Shown: piece after piece, positions 9,245 through 18,838 of the stretch
How the letters are laid out: every line of letters begins with the position of its first letter
Numbering within the stretch: the stretch's first letter is position 1
Sequence record: PX930851.1
From: a phage
DNA length: 64,000 nt
Direction: 5' to 3' (one strand)
The notes under the pieces: model-generated
The model's database searches: none
The model's input: the letters and a program-made list of their open reading frames with translations, nothing else
What the model was told of the DNA's origin: nothing
Translations under genes and position numbers: made by a program

Positions 9245-10564
9245 TCACACATAAAATACGTCATAACGACCACGGGTAACACCAACATAAAGAAGTTGTT
9301 GAGCTAATTCAGCATCTGCATAATGAATACAAGGCGTATAAATGAAAGCACGGTCTACAGACATACCCTGAGCTTTATGGAATGTTGATGCAGGAAGTGC
9401 TTTCACTTTACTAAACTGTGATTTAGCATCCCAAAAATCACTCCACGGAGCTTTTCCGCCTTTATTCCAATTTTTATAAGTTTCTGCCGTTTTACCTAAA
9501 AACAGGTTAAACTTATATAGCTCTTCATCAGATGAAATTATTTTAATCTTTTCACGATAATATTCATCATCGCCGTAAGTTTCTACTGTTAAATCCCAAT
9601 GACGAATTAGATATTCTCCAGGAACACCACGAGCTTTAACAAAGGTTGATGTATACTCTGCTTCTATAATACGAACTAATTGTCCGTTATTAAAAATAAT
9701 TTCTGATACCGGTTTTCCGTCAATTTTATACGTTTTAATTAACGGTTCTTGCATTACAATAATTTCACCGACAATAAAATCTTTATCAGTTTCAAAAATC
9801 TTTTTACGAATAATGCTATTTAACTTGTCAACAGATTTATTCGTAAATGCCATTACGCGATTTTCAAACAAATCATCTAATGATTTGACGATTGAAAAAT
9901 AATTTACCATAAAATCGCGTAAAGCGGTATCACCAGTAAATCCACGTACTCCATGACCGTCAACAACTTTATCATAAATCCACTTACCATTACGAACATC
10001 AGTAGCTACATCAATAATAGGAGCATTACTGCGTTTAACTTCAGTAAGTTCACACTGATAAAAATCTTTGTGTGTAAAGAATGGACTGATATAAGCAGTA
10101 TTTTCTCCTGGATCAACAGGTCTAATTTGCTTATTATCACCTATTCCAATTATAGTACACCAAGGTGGAATAGTTGAAAGCAGAATTTTAAATAGCTTTC
10201 TATCATACATTGACACTTCGTCGCAGATTAATACCCTGCATTTAGCTAAATCTGGTACTTCCTTCTGTTCAAAAAGAACGTTTTCTTCATACGTAACTGG
10301 GTTAATTTTAAGAATACTGTGAATAGTACTCGCTTCTTTCCCCGACAGTTTTGAAAGAATCTTTTTAGCTGCATGTGTAGGAGCTGCTAAAATAATACCA
10401 GTTTCGCCTGTTGATATTAAAGCTTCAATGATGAATTTTGTAAGAGTAGTCTTACCAGTACCAGCAGGTCCATTAATAGTTACATGATGTTTCTTTTCTT
10501 TAATAGCCCTCATAACGATGTTAAAGGCATTTTTCTGACCTTCGGTCAAATCATCAAATGTCAT
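9245..10564 (-). CDS. dda: Dda SF1B DNA helicase
   Basis: 439 aa; Walker A GPAGTGKTT, Walker B LICDEVSM. Confidence 0.9.
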   Translation of the reverse strand: MTFDDLTEGQKNAFNIVMRAIKEKKHHVTINGPAGTGKTTLTKFIIEALISTGETGIILAAPTHAAKKILSKLSGKEASTIHSILKINPVTYEENVLFEQKEVPDLAKCRVLICDEVSMYDRKLFKILLSTIPPWCTIIGIGDNKQIRPVDPGENTAYISPFFTHKDFYQCELTEVKRSNAPIIDVATDVRNGKWIYDKVVDGHGVRGFTGDTALRDFMVNYFSIVKSLDDLFENRVMAFTNKSVDKLNSIIRKKIFETDKDFIVGEIIVMQEPLIKTYKIDGKPVSEIIFNNGQLVRIIEAEYTSTFVKARGVPGEYLIRHWDLTVETYGDDEYYREKIKIISSDEELYKFNLFLGKTAETYKNWNKGGKAPWSDFWDAKSQFSKVKALPASTFHKAQGMSVDRAFIYTPCIHYADAELAQQLLYVGVTRGRYDVFYV

Positions 10565-10872
10565 CGTAAATTCCCTGCAATTGGTATACTAACAATACGC
10601 CCAGTATCTAAAATTCGCCGATATAATCTTTGTGTGTCTACATCAGGCTTAACATGTTTAACTTCTATTTTATTAAACCAAAACTTGCGTGGAGTCTCAA
10701 CTAGTCTTGGAATTCCTATACCTAAAGCTAGTTTATATTGGTCTTTGAGAGTAGTAAAAACTCTATCAGCAATCTCTCTTTCAAAAAACACAGCAGGACG
10801 ATGTTCATCAAGTGGAACTGGCGCCGTAAATCCGTCTTTGTCTCGGTAAACTATCGCATATACATAAACCAT
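10561..10872 (-). CDS. hypothetical protein (dda.1 position)
   Basis: 103 aa, overlaps dda start. Confidence 0.5.
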   Translation of the reverse strand: MVYVYAIVYRDKDGFTAPVPLDEHRPAVFFEREIADRVFTTLKDQYKLALGIGIPRLVETPRKFWFNKIEVKHVKPDVDTQRLYRRILDTGRIVSIPIAGNLR

Positions 10873-10873
10873 A

Positions 10874-11620
10874 TTATCCTCGGATAAGTTTAAAAATTGA
10901 ACAATTTAGCGGGTATCCTCTTTTCAGTTTAAGTTTATCAATAAAAGACAAGTTTTGATACCGCTCTACACCTTGAATAATTTTATCACACATATCATAT
11001 TGCATTTCTGCTTCTGACAACTTTTTCACAATTTTCCAATCCGAGCCTTTAAGAAGAACGTTCAATTTAACAACTTCAGCGCCTTCTGCTATGCGAGAAC
11101 CATCAATACGTGCTTTAAGTGCTATAATCCTTAGCTTAATGTCAGAGGTCTGTTTTGATTTAGAAAGCTGAGAAATGTGCTCAATTCGGTTTTCACGTTT
11201 TTTCTGTATAGCTTTAATTTGATTATAAGTCTTTTTGATTTTAGCCCATTTCTTTTCATCTAAATTTAGTTTATGAACTTTTTTCGCAGATGAACGACCA
11301 ATTCGCAAAGCAAATAAATCCCGTTTTTCAATCAACTCTTCTAAAGTATAATCAGAACGAAATGTATTATACTTTTTCTTTACTGTAATAACATTCCCTT
11401 TAATGTATCCAACGTTATTATCAAAACGTTCTAATGATAATTTCTCTCCTTCAATACGATTATCAAAAGGTTCTCCCGAGTAAGCGCAAACTTTTTGATC
11501 TAAAATGTTCTTAATGTAATTGAAGTCTAAGTTAAAATCTTTAGAACGTCTTTTTGCAGATGCCTGAGTATGCTCTAGACGACGTTTAATTTTACGAATT
11601 TGGTTATTAGACAGCTTCAT
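10874..11620 (-). CDS. basic protein at srd position (possible Srd-like)
   Basis: 248 aa lysine-rich; between dda.1 and modA; assignment by position. Confidence 0.4.
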   Translation of the reverse strand: MKLSNNQIRKIKRRLEHTQASAKRRSKDFNLDFNYIKNILDQKVCAYSGEPFDNRIEGEKLSLERFDNNVGYIKGNVITVKKKYNTFRSDYTLEELIEKRDLFALRIGRSSAKKVHKLNLDEKKWAKIKKTYNQIKAIQKKRENRIEHISQLSKSKQTSDIKLRIIALKARIDGSRIAEGAEVVKLNVLLKGSDWKIVKKLSEAEMQYDMCDKIIQGVERYQNLSFIDKLKLKRGYPLNCSIFKLIRG

Positions 11621-11656
11621 ATTTTTCTCACATCTTACGGACGGTTAACTACTTAT

Positions 11657-11686
11657 ACTATAACATTTTTACCTTAACTTGTAAAC
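11657..11686 (-). promoter_or_regulatory. T4-type early promoter
   Basis: minus strand gtttac-N18-tatagt. Confidence 0.55.
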
Positions 11687-11743
11687 AACTTTATGTAAAA
11701 ATGCTTTAAAACTTTCATGGTATAATGAATCTAAGTCCTTCCA

Positions 11744-12346
11744 TTATAGATTAAATCCTTCAAAATCAAGAGTATAGATAGTATATGTTGAATACTTTTT
11801 GTACTCATATCTATCTGCAATTCTAAATACACTTCCAGCTGGTATCATTACTTCTTGTTCATCTGAAACTAATTCCATATTACGATAACGATGGCTATCC
11901 GGAAACTTAAAGTTTGGATTGTATTCTTTACAGCGCAGAGCTTTTATAGCATACTCCTGGAAATTGAATACCATAGGAGCTTTGAATTCAAAAATAACTT
12001 GTGTGTTATACTCTAAACCGGAAGCAAAATGTAGAGCTATATTTTTATCATATGAAGCTGATACGACTTTATCAAATGTAATAATATCAATTCCTTGATT
12101 TAATACTTGTTTAGTCTCAGCTGGAACACCTCTCCAAAGAGGTTTATCGTTTGGTTCCAAACGAGATTTGATTATTTCATTTAACCAAGTATGGTCATCT
12201 GGTTTATTAGTAATACAATGAATTAAAAGTTCAATTTCAGATAAATTAAACCCTTCAGAAAGTAATTCTTCACGAATAGAAGCACGCACCGATGCATCCA
12301 TTGATTTTATTTTAAAATCTTTTAGTTGCATTACCGAGTATTTCAT
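11744..12346 (-). CDS. modA: ADP-ribosyltransferase ModA
   Basis: 200 aa; R-S-E type motifs (WRGV, SASY, QEVMIP); adjacent paralog. Confidence 0.6.
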   Translation of the reverse strand: MKYSVMQLKDFKIKSMDASVRASIREELLSEGFNLSEIELLIHCITNKPDDHTWLNEIIKSRLEPNDKPLWRGVPAETKQVLNQGIDIITFDKVVSASYDKNIALHFASGLEYNTQVIFEFKAPMVFNFQEYAIKALRCKEYNPNFKFPDSHRYRNMELVSDEQEVMIPAGSVFRIADRYEYKKYSTYTIYTLDFEGFNL

Positions 12347-12966
12347 TCAACTACCTCAATATCATAAACTTTAAATGTTCCAAATGAATCGTGTAATTTT
12401 TCTTTTGAAATAGAAGTTATTCTATACTTTCCAATTGGAATCATCCATTCCTGTTCACGCACAATCATCATTAAGTTATCAGTACGCTCTGAATCTAATC
12501 CATCAGTATCTTCATACGTGTACTTAAACTCAGTATTAGGAGAAGAAAGTATAATATCGCTGATATGGTCAGAATAATTAAAAGCTTTATCAGTTTTTAA
12601 GCGAAGTATTATTTTAGTAAAATATTCAGCGTAAGAAAAAGAACATGCTGTGAGCAAACTAGTAGTAAATGAATCTACTCTATTCGTTGAAAACACTTCT
12701 CCAACTTGTAAATCTTTAATAAGTTCTTCTGTTGATTTTGATATACCACGATATAACTGATATGGTGATTTAGTTAAATGCTTTTTAATGATTTTATTCA
12801 ATTGCCGATGAAGAGCTTCATTCTTTTTGGCTTCCATACATTGCCAAAGAACTGACTGCTCAAAGTCAGTAAATTTTTCACAGACCTTTTTATACATATC
12901 ATATTGAAAATCGACGCTTTCAGCTTTTATAGATAACTGTTCAACATCTGCAAGATTAATAATCAT
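12343..12966 (-). CDS. modB: ADP-ribosyltransferase ModB
   Basis: 207 aa; YRGIS, FTTS, EQEWMIP motifs. Confidence 0.6.
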   Translation of the reverse strand: MIINLADVEQLSIKAESVDFQYDMYKKVCEKFTDFEQSVLWQCMEAKKNEALHRQLNKIIKKHLTKSPYQLYRGISKSTEELIKDLQVGEVFSTNRVDSFTTSLLTACSFSYAEYFTKIILRLKTDKAFNYSDHISDIILSSPNTEFKYTYEDTDGLDSERTDNLMMIVREQEWMIPIGKYRITSISKEKLHDSFGTFKVYDIEVVE

Positions 12967-12992
12967 GATAGCCTCCGTATACTTCAGAAGCT

Positions 12993-13022
12993 ATCATATC
13001 ATCGTTAGAAAGGAAAGTAAAC
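12993..13022 (-). promoter_or_regulatory. T4-type early promoter
   Basis: minus strand gtttac-N18-tatgat. Confidence 0.5.
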
Positions 13023-13033
13023 AACTTTTTGAA

Positions 13034-13216
13034 TTATTTTGCCCAGGGAGCCCAGGGCGGAGGGTCAAGATGGTATGAAGCTAGTTCTTCTAGAAGAGCA
13101 TCTGGGGCTTCAATTCCATAATTCTGTAATACTATACGGTACTCTTTCTTATAATCACTAGAATCATTCTGGATATTCGTAGAATGATTATCTTCTAACA
13201 TCTCAAATAAATCCAT
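13034..13216 (-). CDS. hypothetical small protein
   Basis: 60 aa; GC-rich 3' end encoding PPPWAPWAK. Confidence 0.35.
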   Translation of the reverse strand: MDLFEMLEDNHSTNIQNDSSDYKKEYRIVLQNYGIEAPDALLEELASYHLDPPPWAPWAK

Positions 13217-13224
13217 ATTAATTC

Positions 13225-13707
13225 CTAGCGATAAAAACCAAATTGACGATTAGCTTCAATAATCTTTCTTTCTTCTTCGGACATTCTCCAGCGTAGTCCA
13301 ACATCAAAATGAGCCCAGACCATCTTAACAAATGCATTTATATCTTTAATATCTTCAATAATGAATGTTTTACTTTTAAAAGGCTGACCTGCTAAATTAA
13401 GCGCTAATTTAACTTTATCAACTTCAAACAGGTCAAAAAGACCATATTCATGAGCTCTTTTATAGCCTTTAATAGTTAAAGCTTCAGAAGAAGAAAACGG
13501 TGAATCAGTATTCTGCAAAATATCTTCAGTATGCTTTATAATTAGAATAACATTTTCTGGATATTTTCTTTCTTTTATATCTTTAATTAAAATATCCGGA
13601 TTTTCTGCTAAAGGAATAATTAATGAGCACTCTTTATCAAGTGTATTTACTGATTTACCTTCTTTAGACATAAATTCTATTGAATAGTGTTTTGCTACTT
13701 CAATCAT
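13225..13707 (-). CDS. hypothetical protein
   Basis: 160 aa. Confidence 0.5.
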   Translation of the reverse strand: MIEVAKHYSIEFMSKEGKSVNTLDKECSLIIPLAENPDILIKDIKERKYPENVILIIKHTEDILQNTDSPFSSSEALTIKGYKRAHEYGLFDLFEVDKVKLALNLAGQPFKSKTFIIEDIKDINAFVKMVWAHFDVGLRWRMSEEERKIIEANRQFGFYR

Positions 13708-13852
13708 GTGATTTCCTTTTGCCTACTAATGGACCGTCAGGAATTTTGTTTTCCTGAATGTATTTCTCATTTTCTTCCATCATTTTACTGCCAATTTTAA
13801 GAAGCAAATCCATTGCTTCATTTGCTTTAGCTTTAGCCTCTTCTAACGTCAT
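13700..13852 (-). CDS. small ORF, not in track
   Basis: 50 aa [21 protein letters not shown]...; stop overlaps next ATG. Confidence 0.3.
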   Translation of the reverse strand: MTLEEAKAKANEAMDLLLKIGSKMMEENEKYIQENKIPDGPLVGKRKSHD

Positions 13853-13860
13853 ATCTCTGT

Positions 13861-14064
13861 TCACGATTTATCCCCATAGATGTCTCTCATTAATTTAAGC
13901 GCTGAGCGTTCTAATTTCTTTTCTTTCTCAGCACTAATCATTGATTTCATCCATTCTTCTGATTCGTTCTGCATTTCTTTATTTGCTTGTTCAACCCAAC
14001 CATCATCAATATACATTGAGTTTGGTCTATTGAACCATTCAAGCATCTTCTTCAGAACTTTCAT
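13861..14064 (-). CDS. hypothetical small protein
   Basis: 67 aa. Confidence 0.4.
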   Translation of the reverse strand: MKVLKKMLEWFNRPNSMYIDDGWVEQANKEMQNESEEWMKSMISAEKEKKLERSALKLMRDIYGDKS

Positions 14065-14536
14065 CTGTTTTACCTAAAACAACAGTAGGAGCATCATCAA
14101 ACTCATGAATTTTTAGCAAATTTGGATGTAAACTATTCCATACAGAAGAAATAAAGTATGATAAAGCATCTTCGTCCACAATTATAAATTTATTTCCTTT
14201 ATCTATTTTCCAACTATATACTGAATCGTACGAATAAAAAGATAAAGGTTCATCATTATATTTTTCTGTGTTAACATTAATGTATTCTGATTTAGTAAAT
14301 GCTTCAATTGCTCTAAATGGAATATTTGGCACAGTTTCAATAATACCAATCTTTTTAAGTTTTATTTCAGCATCTTCTGGAACTGGCATTGAAACGAAAT
14401 TTTCTACGAGATACATTGGGTCACAATAACCCTTATCAATCATTACCGCTACGGTAATTGGAACATCTTTAGCAAACGACAAACTATTACTGCTAATATA
14501 CATTTCAAACAAAATCGCTTCCATAATTTTCCTCAA
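14039..14536 (-). CDS. hypothetical protein
   Basis: 165 aa. Confidence 0.5.
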   Translation of the reverse strand: MRKIMEAILFEMYISSNSLSFAKDVPITVAVMIDKGYCDPMYLVENFVSMPVPEDAEIKLKKIGIIETVPNIPFRAIEAFTKSEYINVNTEKYNDEPLSFYSYDSVYSWKIDKGNKFIIVDEDALSYFISSVWNSLHPNLLKIHEFDDAPTVVLGKTDESSEEDA

Positions 14537-14871
14537 TCACAAGATGTAGATGAACAACTAGAATCACAAGAACTTCCGCATGAATCGCCCGTCCATACAT
14601 GAACAGGAACATTAGTATCATATGAATCAGAACTAGACTGTGTATTCTGCGTATTAGATGATGTAGGTGTTGACCAACGCCAAGGATTTTTATAATATTC
14701 CTGGGCTTCTTCATAAGTCATAGTAACTGCTTCTACTGTTCCATCTCCCATATAAACATATTCAACTACAGTTAAAGGAAGGTAGTCATTTGAAATAGGA
14801 ACTACACCTTCTCCGGGAGTTGTAGAGAAAAAATCCGTAAAGAAACTTTTAAACCAATTAAAGATAAACAT
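14533..14871 (-). CDS. hypothetical protein with Cys/Ser-rich C-terminal tail
   Basis: 112 aa ending [18 protein letters not shown]. Confidence 0.5.
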   Translation of the reverse strand: MFIFNWFKSFFTDFFSTTPGEGVVPISNDYLPLTVVEYVYMGDGTVEAVTMTYEEAQEYYKNPWRWSTPTSSNTQNTQSSSDSYDTNVPVHVWTGDSCGSSCDSSCSSTSCD

Positions 14872-15077
14872 TACAAAAAGCCTCTTTTGAATTCGACTTG
14901 CTTTTCGCCATAATCATATCGAATCTCTGCATTAAATTCGACAGAACCATCTGCGTACATCATAAATGAATGCACAACAACTTCTGTAGACCATGGCTGT
15001 AGTTCATATTTCTTCATTACATGCCGTGAAATGATAATATCTAAATCTTCATTTGGTTTAATCCAGCGATTTAACAT
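14871..15077 (-). CDS. hypothetical small protein
   Basis: 68 aa. Confidence 0.45.
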   Translation of the reverse strand: MLNRWIKPNEDLDIIISRHVMKKYELQPWSTEVVVHSFMMYADGSVEFNAEIRYDYGEKQVEFKRGFL

Positions 15078-15147
15078 AGTGCTCTCCTCTATAAGATAAT
15101 TCTATTATACCATACTCATTTTGATATGTAAACTGCAAAAACGAAAA

Positions 15148-15169
15148 AAGGAACCCCGAAGGATTCCTT
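15148..15169 (-). terminator. UUCG-tetraloop hairpin after soc
   Basis: aaggaaccccgaaggattcctt; minus RNA stem with UUCG loop. Confidence 0.5.
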
Positions 15170-15174
15170 AAATT

Positions 15175-15432
15175 TTAACCACCAATACCTGGAGTTGGCG
15201 TAACAGTCCAAAGACCTTCATTAGCAGTGATCCATTCAGTACGCTGATTTTCTTCATATACTGTAGAATATGCTGCTTTTTCAGAAGGGAATGTCTGATA
15301 ATGAGCACCAGAAATTTTGTGAACATCAGAATAAAGAGGGAAAGCTACAGAAATTTCTTTACCCTGAATTGTACCACCATCAACTGCTTGGTCAAATGTT
15401 TTGATATTAACATAACCGCGAGTACTAGCCAT
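15175..15432 (-). CDS. soc: small outer capsid protein Soc
   Basis: 85 aa MASTRGYVNIKTF...SVAFPLYSDVHKISGAHYQTFPSEKAAYSTVYEENQRTEW; late promoter upstream. Confidence 0.85.
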   Translation of the reverse strand: MASTRGYVNIKTFDQAVDGGTIQGKEISVAFPLYSDVHKISGAHYQTFPSEKAAYSTVYEENQRTEWITANEGLWTVTPTPGIGG

Positions 15433-15448
15433 GTAATTCTCCTTTTAT

Positions 15449-15658
15449 TTAAATTACATGATTATTTATAATAAATTCTCGCGGAACGTTAAAATATCCG
15501 ATTTTAGTTAATATAACAACATCACCGTTAATAATTACCGGAGAATAATCTTCTGGAGCATTAAATTTCCAATGGGCTCTAATATTATATCCATCAGAAC
15601 CAAATGCTCGAGTAGCCGGTCTCCCGGCTTTTTGCCACGCGTAGAAATCAAATTTCAT
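15449..15658 (-). CDS. hypothetical small protein
   Basis: 69 aa. Confidence 0.45.
   Translation of the reverse strand: MKFDFYAWQKAGRPATRAFGSDGYNIRAHWKFNAPEDYSPVIINGDVVILTKIGYFNVPREFIINNHVI
15463..15470 (-). promoter_or_regulatory. T4 late promoter (TATAAATA) for soc
   Basis: exact TATAAATA on minus strand about 30 nt upstream of soc ATG. Confidence 0.65.
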
Positions 15659-15855
15659 TTTGAATGCTCTATAATTAATTTTAAGGCTTCTTCGCTGACA
15701 AAAATTTCGTCAGGACCTTCTTCTATAACCCAATCAACCATACGAAGTTGATTAGTTAAGAGCTCACATACGAGCTCCTTGTTATAATCTTTAAATAGCT
15801 GGTCAATACGTTTCTTATGGGCTTTCTTAAGCTGACGCTTATTTAAACGAGCCAT
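15655..15855 (-). CDS. hypothetical small protein
   Basis: 66 aa. Confidence 0.45.
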   Translation of the reverse strand: MARLNKRQLKKAHKKRIDQLFKDYNKELVCELLTNQLRMVDWVIEEGPDEIFVSEEALKLIIEHSK

Positions 15856-16373
15856 TAATAACCTCGGTCTTGACGAGCGAAGTTTTCAGCATTTTTCAGG
15901 TAATAAAGTTTAAAGATTTCTTCAGCTGACATTCCAAGAGCAATAAATTTATTCATGAAAAAGTGAAATTGGTCAATCAGTTCAAATTTAATTTCAAGCT
16001 GATCTTCGGGAGATAAATCTTGAATTTTCTTGGATTGCATTTCAGAATAACGTTTCTTCCAAGGTTTCCATACAGCAGAAGCTTCTTTTTCACCATTACT
16101 CATACCACCAAGAGAAGTATATAGTTCGCGAGTTTCATCTGCGATATAATCGTCTTGGTTTCGCAACCAAGCAAGAACTTCTCCTGCGGTTTCAAGTGAA
16201 TCAGGATGACGATTTGTTTCTGGTTTATCATTAGCCAAACGAATCTGTAAATGCCGCTGCATATCAAGCATAACCTGCAGTGGGTCAATATTGTGCATAA
16301 TATTCTCAGCATATGCACGATTTGCTTTATCAACACCTTCGATCAAATGAGCACATTCATTAAAGTAAGCCAT
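15855..16373 (-). CDS. 56: dCTPase gp56 (dCTP pyrophosphatase, MazG-like)
   Basis: 172 aa from ATG at 16373 (MAYFNECAHLIEG...); SD GAAAGGA; track ORF extends further upstream. Confidence 0.75.
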   Translation of the reverse strand: MAYFNECAHLIEGVDKANRAYAENIMHNIDPLQVMLDMQRHLQIRLANDKPETNRHPDSLETAGEVLAWLRNQDDYIADETRELYTSLGGMSNGEKEASAVWKPWKKRYSEMQSKKIQDLSPEDQLEIKFELIDQFHFFMNKFIALGMSAEEIFKLYYLKNAENFARQDRGY

Positions 16374-16444
16374 TATTTTTCCTTTCAATTCATGGGTTAG
16401 TAGATTAATTATACAATAAATATATAAAGCAATAAGGAGGACAT

Positions 16445-16645
16445 ATGGTACAAAAATTAATGGCACTTGTTAATGCCATAAAAGGTAATAAAAAACGTAT
16501 AGCTTTTACTATTTCTGCTATGGTAGGAATTTTACTCTGGAACTTTATTCTATCACCTGTTGCAATTGCGCATGGTATTAATATTCCAGTAGTTACTCTT
16601 GATACATTTGTAGATTTAGCATTTGCTTTAGTTGGGTTGATTTAA
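16445..16645 (+). CDS. small hydrophobic protein on the plus strand
   Basis: 66 aa, consensus SD taaggagg 4 nt before ATG; only plus-strand ORF not overlapping a minus-strand gene. Confidence 0.4.
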   Translation: MVQKLMALVNAIKGNKKRIAFTISAMVGILLWNFILSPVAIAHGINIPVVTLDTFVDLAFALVGLI

Positions 16646-17670
16646 ATCTTAGCATATTTAGATAGCCGCATTTTAGCCATCAACCCCTGGGCAATATTAT
16701 TTTTCATATATTCCATAATTTGTTCAGGGGTTGCACCTTCCTTTCTAATCATATCATTGACATCTTTTGATTTCCAGGGAGATTTATCCCAAAACATAAC
16801 CCTTTCTCCTGCATCAACTAATTTAGTCATTCGTTTGATAGTGTCAGGGTGACGAGGTTCATTATCTAAAACCCACACTCGTCTATCTTTAAATGGAACA
16901 ACTTCTAGGTCTAATTGACCACCTGTAATAGCTATACCATTTTCAATAAAAAGTGAATCTATAGGTCCTTCTAGAACATATACATCACCATCTTTAACTC
17001 GTTCAACACCGTAAATTTTTGTTGCCTCAGGATAAGCTTTAATGGTGATATATTTTTGAGGAGCATCTTTCTTTAATGCACGTCCTTGAAAAGACTCAGC
17101 TTTTCCATTAGCATTATAAATTGGAATAACAAGACGAGGCTCAGAAATTTCCTTTTTGTATGTTCCCGGTGCTATGCTATTAACTAATTTAGGCCATTCG
17201 GTTGTAAACCAAAGATATTTCCATTTATCCTTTGGAATACAACGAGCTTTTACATATTTTATAATTGGATGGTCTTCCGCCAGTTTATCTAATCTAACAC
17301 ATGACGGAAGAGATTTAATTATTTTCTTCTCAGGTTGTTTAGGAAGTTCTTTAGGTTTTTCTACTGGACGACTTTTACCTTTTTCTTTTCTTATTTCAAA
17401 GATATACTCACGATATAAATCAGGTTCAAACTCCTTTAAATATATTCCGATTGGTGCGTGATAGTTACAGTTATAACAATGAATATTTCCTTCATTATTA
17501 TCACCATAATACCATCCACGAGCTTTATTATGATCGGTTTTTGAATCTCCACAAACAGGGCATCTAAACCGCAATTTAAAAGTTGAACTATTATTTACTT
17601 GCGTGAATTTAGGTAAATGAGCTAATGCACGATACGCAAACTCATTATCAATCCAAGGTATTGATGACAT
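16642..17670 (-). CDS. 61: DNA primase gp61
   Basis: 342 aa; zinc ribbon CPVCGDS...CYNCNYH; TOPRIM-like VLEGPIDSLF. Confidence 0.9.
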   Translation of the reverse strand: MSSIPWIDNEFAYRALAHLPKFTQVNNSSTFKLRFRCPVCGDSKTDHNKARGWYYGDNNEGNIHCYNCNYHAPIGIYLKEFEPDLYREYIFEIRKEKGKSRPVEKPKELPKQPEKKIIKSLPSCVRLDKLAEDHPIIKYVKARCIPKDKWKYLWFTTEWPKLVNSIAPGTYKKEISEPRLVIPIYNANGKAESFQGRALKKDAPQKYITIKAYPEATKIYGVERVKDGDVYVLEGPIDSLFIENGIAITGGQLDLEVVPFKDRRVWVLDNEPRHPDTIKRMTKLVDAGERVMFWDKSPWKSKDVNDMIRKEGATPEQIMEYMKNNIAQGLMAKMRLSKYAKI

Positions 17671-17672
17671 TT

Positions 17673-17837
17673 TTACTCTTCTTTTTCTTTAGATTCCTCT
17701 TTCTTCTTTTTAGGAATCTGTTCAGGACCTTTATTTACTACAGCGCCTGACGTTGTTCCAGTAGAGATATTTTCAGGATTACCACCTGAATCTCCAGCTA
17801 CCATATCTTCTTTAATAAATTCTTTATATGTTTTCAT
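17673..17837 (-). CDS. small protein with capsid-targeting-sequence-like N-terminus, not in track
   Basis: 54 aa MKTYKEFIKEDMVAGDSGGNPENISTG...KKKKEESKEKEE; hand-translated. Confidence 0.4.
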   Translation of the reverse strand: MKTYKEFIKEDMVAGDSGGNPENISTGTTSGAVVNKGPEQIPKKKKEESKEKEE

Positions 17838-17883
17838 ATTAACCTCTATTCATAAAAGCATTAAAAATTTGGTCATCAATAGA
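17835..17883 (-). repeat. about 49-bp near-identical direct repeat (second copy 18193..18241)
   Basis: both copies encode SIDDQIFNAFMN(R/K)G, stop, and the next gene's ATG. Confidence 0.6.
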
Positions 17884-18195
17884 TGGCACAGTAATATTTT
17901 CTGCATCATTTAGCAAATCATTAATTTCATCAGATAGCATAACACATGTGCCTTTATTTCCTGTAATTGTTACTGCACAATTACGAACGTTTTCTTTATC
18001 AAATTTTAGGTTAATATTTTCGTAGTGAAAATCCTTTAATGCCGAATATATCTTTAAAATGAAATTGTCTTTTACTACAATAAACCCAACCTCACTATTA
18101 AAACGTGGTTCATGGAAACTGTAATAAACCTTTTCATCTATAAAATCGTATGAAATTTTTTCCATTTTTAAATATGAAAATTCAGAACTATACAT
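17839..18195 (-). CDS. hypothetical protein (61.1 position)
   Basis: 118 aa; C-terminus SIDDQIFNAFMNRG shared with next gene. Confidence 0.5.
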   Translation of the reverse strand: MYSSEFSYLKMEKISYDFIDEKVYYSFHEPRFNSEVGFIVVKDNFILKIYSALKDFHYENINLKFDKENVRNCAVTITGNKGTCVMLSDEINDLLNDAENITVPSIDDQIFNAFMNRG

Positions 18196-18196
18196 A

Positions 18197-18838
18197 TTAA
18201 CCTTTATTCATAAAAGCATTAAAAATTTGATCGTCAATAGAAACATTTACTTTAGACTGTTTTTCTGATGGTAATTCATATCCACATATTACAATTTTGT
18301 GATCAATATCAAAATACACAGAAGCAATATGATTAATGATGTTTTCAGTAAAGTCTAAATCAACATCAATATCTTTTTGACCACAGCCCAAAGGATAAAT
18401 AATGCGAGTAATTCGATTATCTTTAACAAATATTCCACCGACATACTCTGTGCTGCGTTTAAAGTTTACACGTTTCCTAAATGAAAAATATTCAGGTTCT
18501 TTATGAGCCCGACTCATAGGACACAATGAGTAGCTAGAATAAGAGATGTCAAATCCTACACCTTCAATATGAGCCAACGCGTCATGATTAAACCAATTAT
18601 AATCATATGCCAAATCCATTATATTGTAATATGTGAAAGGCACCGGATTAACATCATGTGTTGTACCTTTAAAATCTGCCCAGGCAACGATTTCGTTATC
18701 TTTAACAATTACAAAAATTGTGTCAATAAGATATCCACGGTTATTTTCATCAGGCGTTATATTATAACATTGTGCATCAGGAAATTTACCGTATTTAAAC
18801 GGCGGATTTTTGTGCATATAATAAATCATATTATTCAC
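18197..18838 (-). CDS. hypothetical protein (61.2 position)
   Basis: 213 aa; C-terminus SIDDQIFNAFMNKG. Confidence 0.5.
   Translation of the reverse strand: MNNMIYYMHKNPPFKYGKFPDAQCYNITPDENNRGYLIDTIFVIVKDNEIVAWADFKGTTHDVNPVPFTYYNIMDLAYDYNWFNHDALAHIEGVGFDISYSSYSLCPMSRAHKEPEYFSFRKRVNFKRSTEYVGGIFVKDNRITRIIYPLGCGQKDIDVDLDFTENIINHIASVYFDIDHKIVICGYELPSEKQSKVNVSIDDQIFNAFMNKG

Noticed and set aside
10874-11620. HNH homing endonuclease at the srd position
   Set aside because: The lysine-rich 248-aa protein has no clear HNH or GIY-YIG motif; position and size fit the srd slot better, though that assignment is itself only positional.
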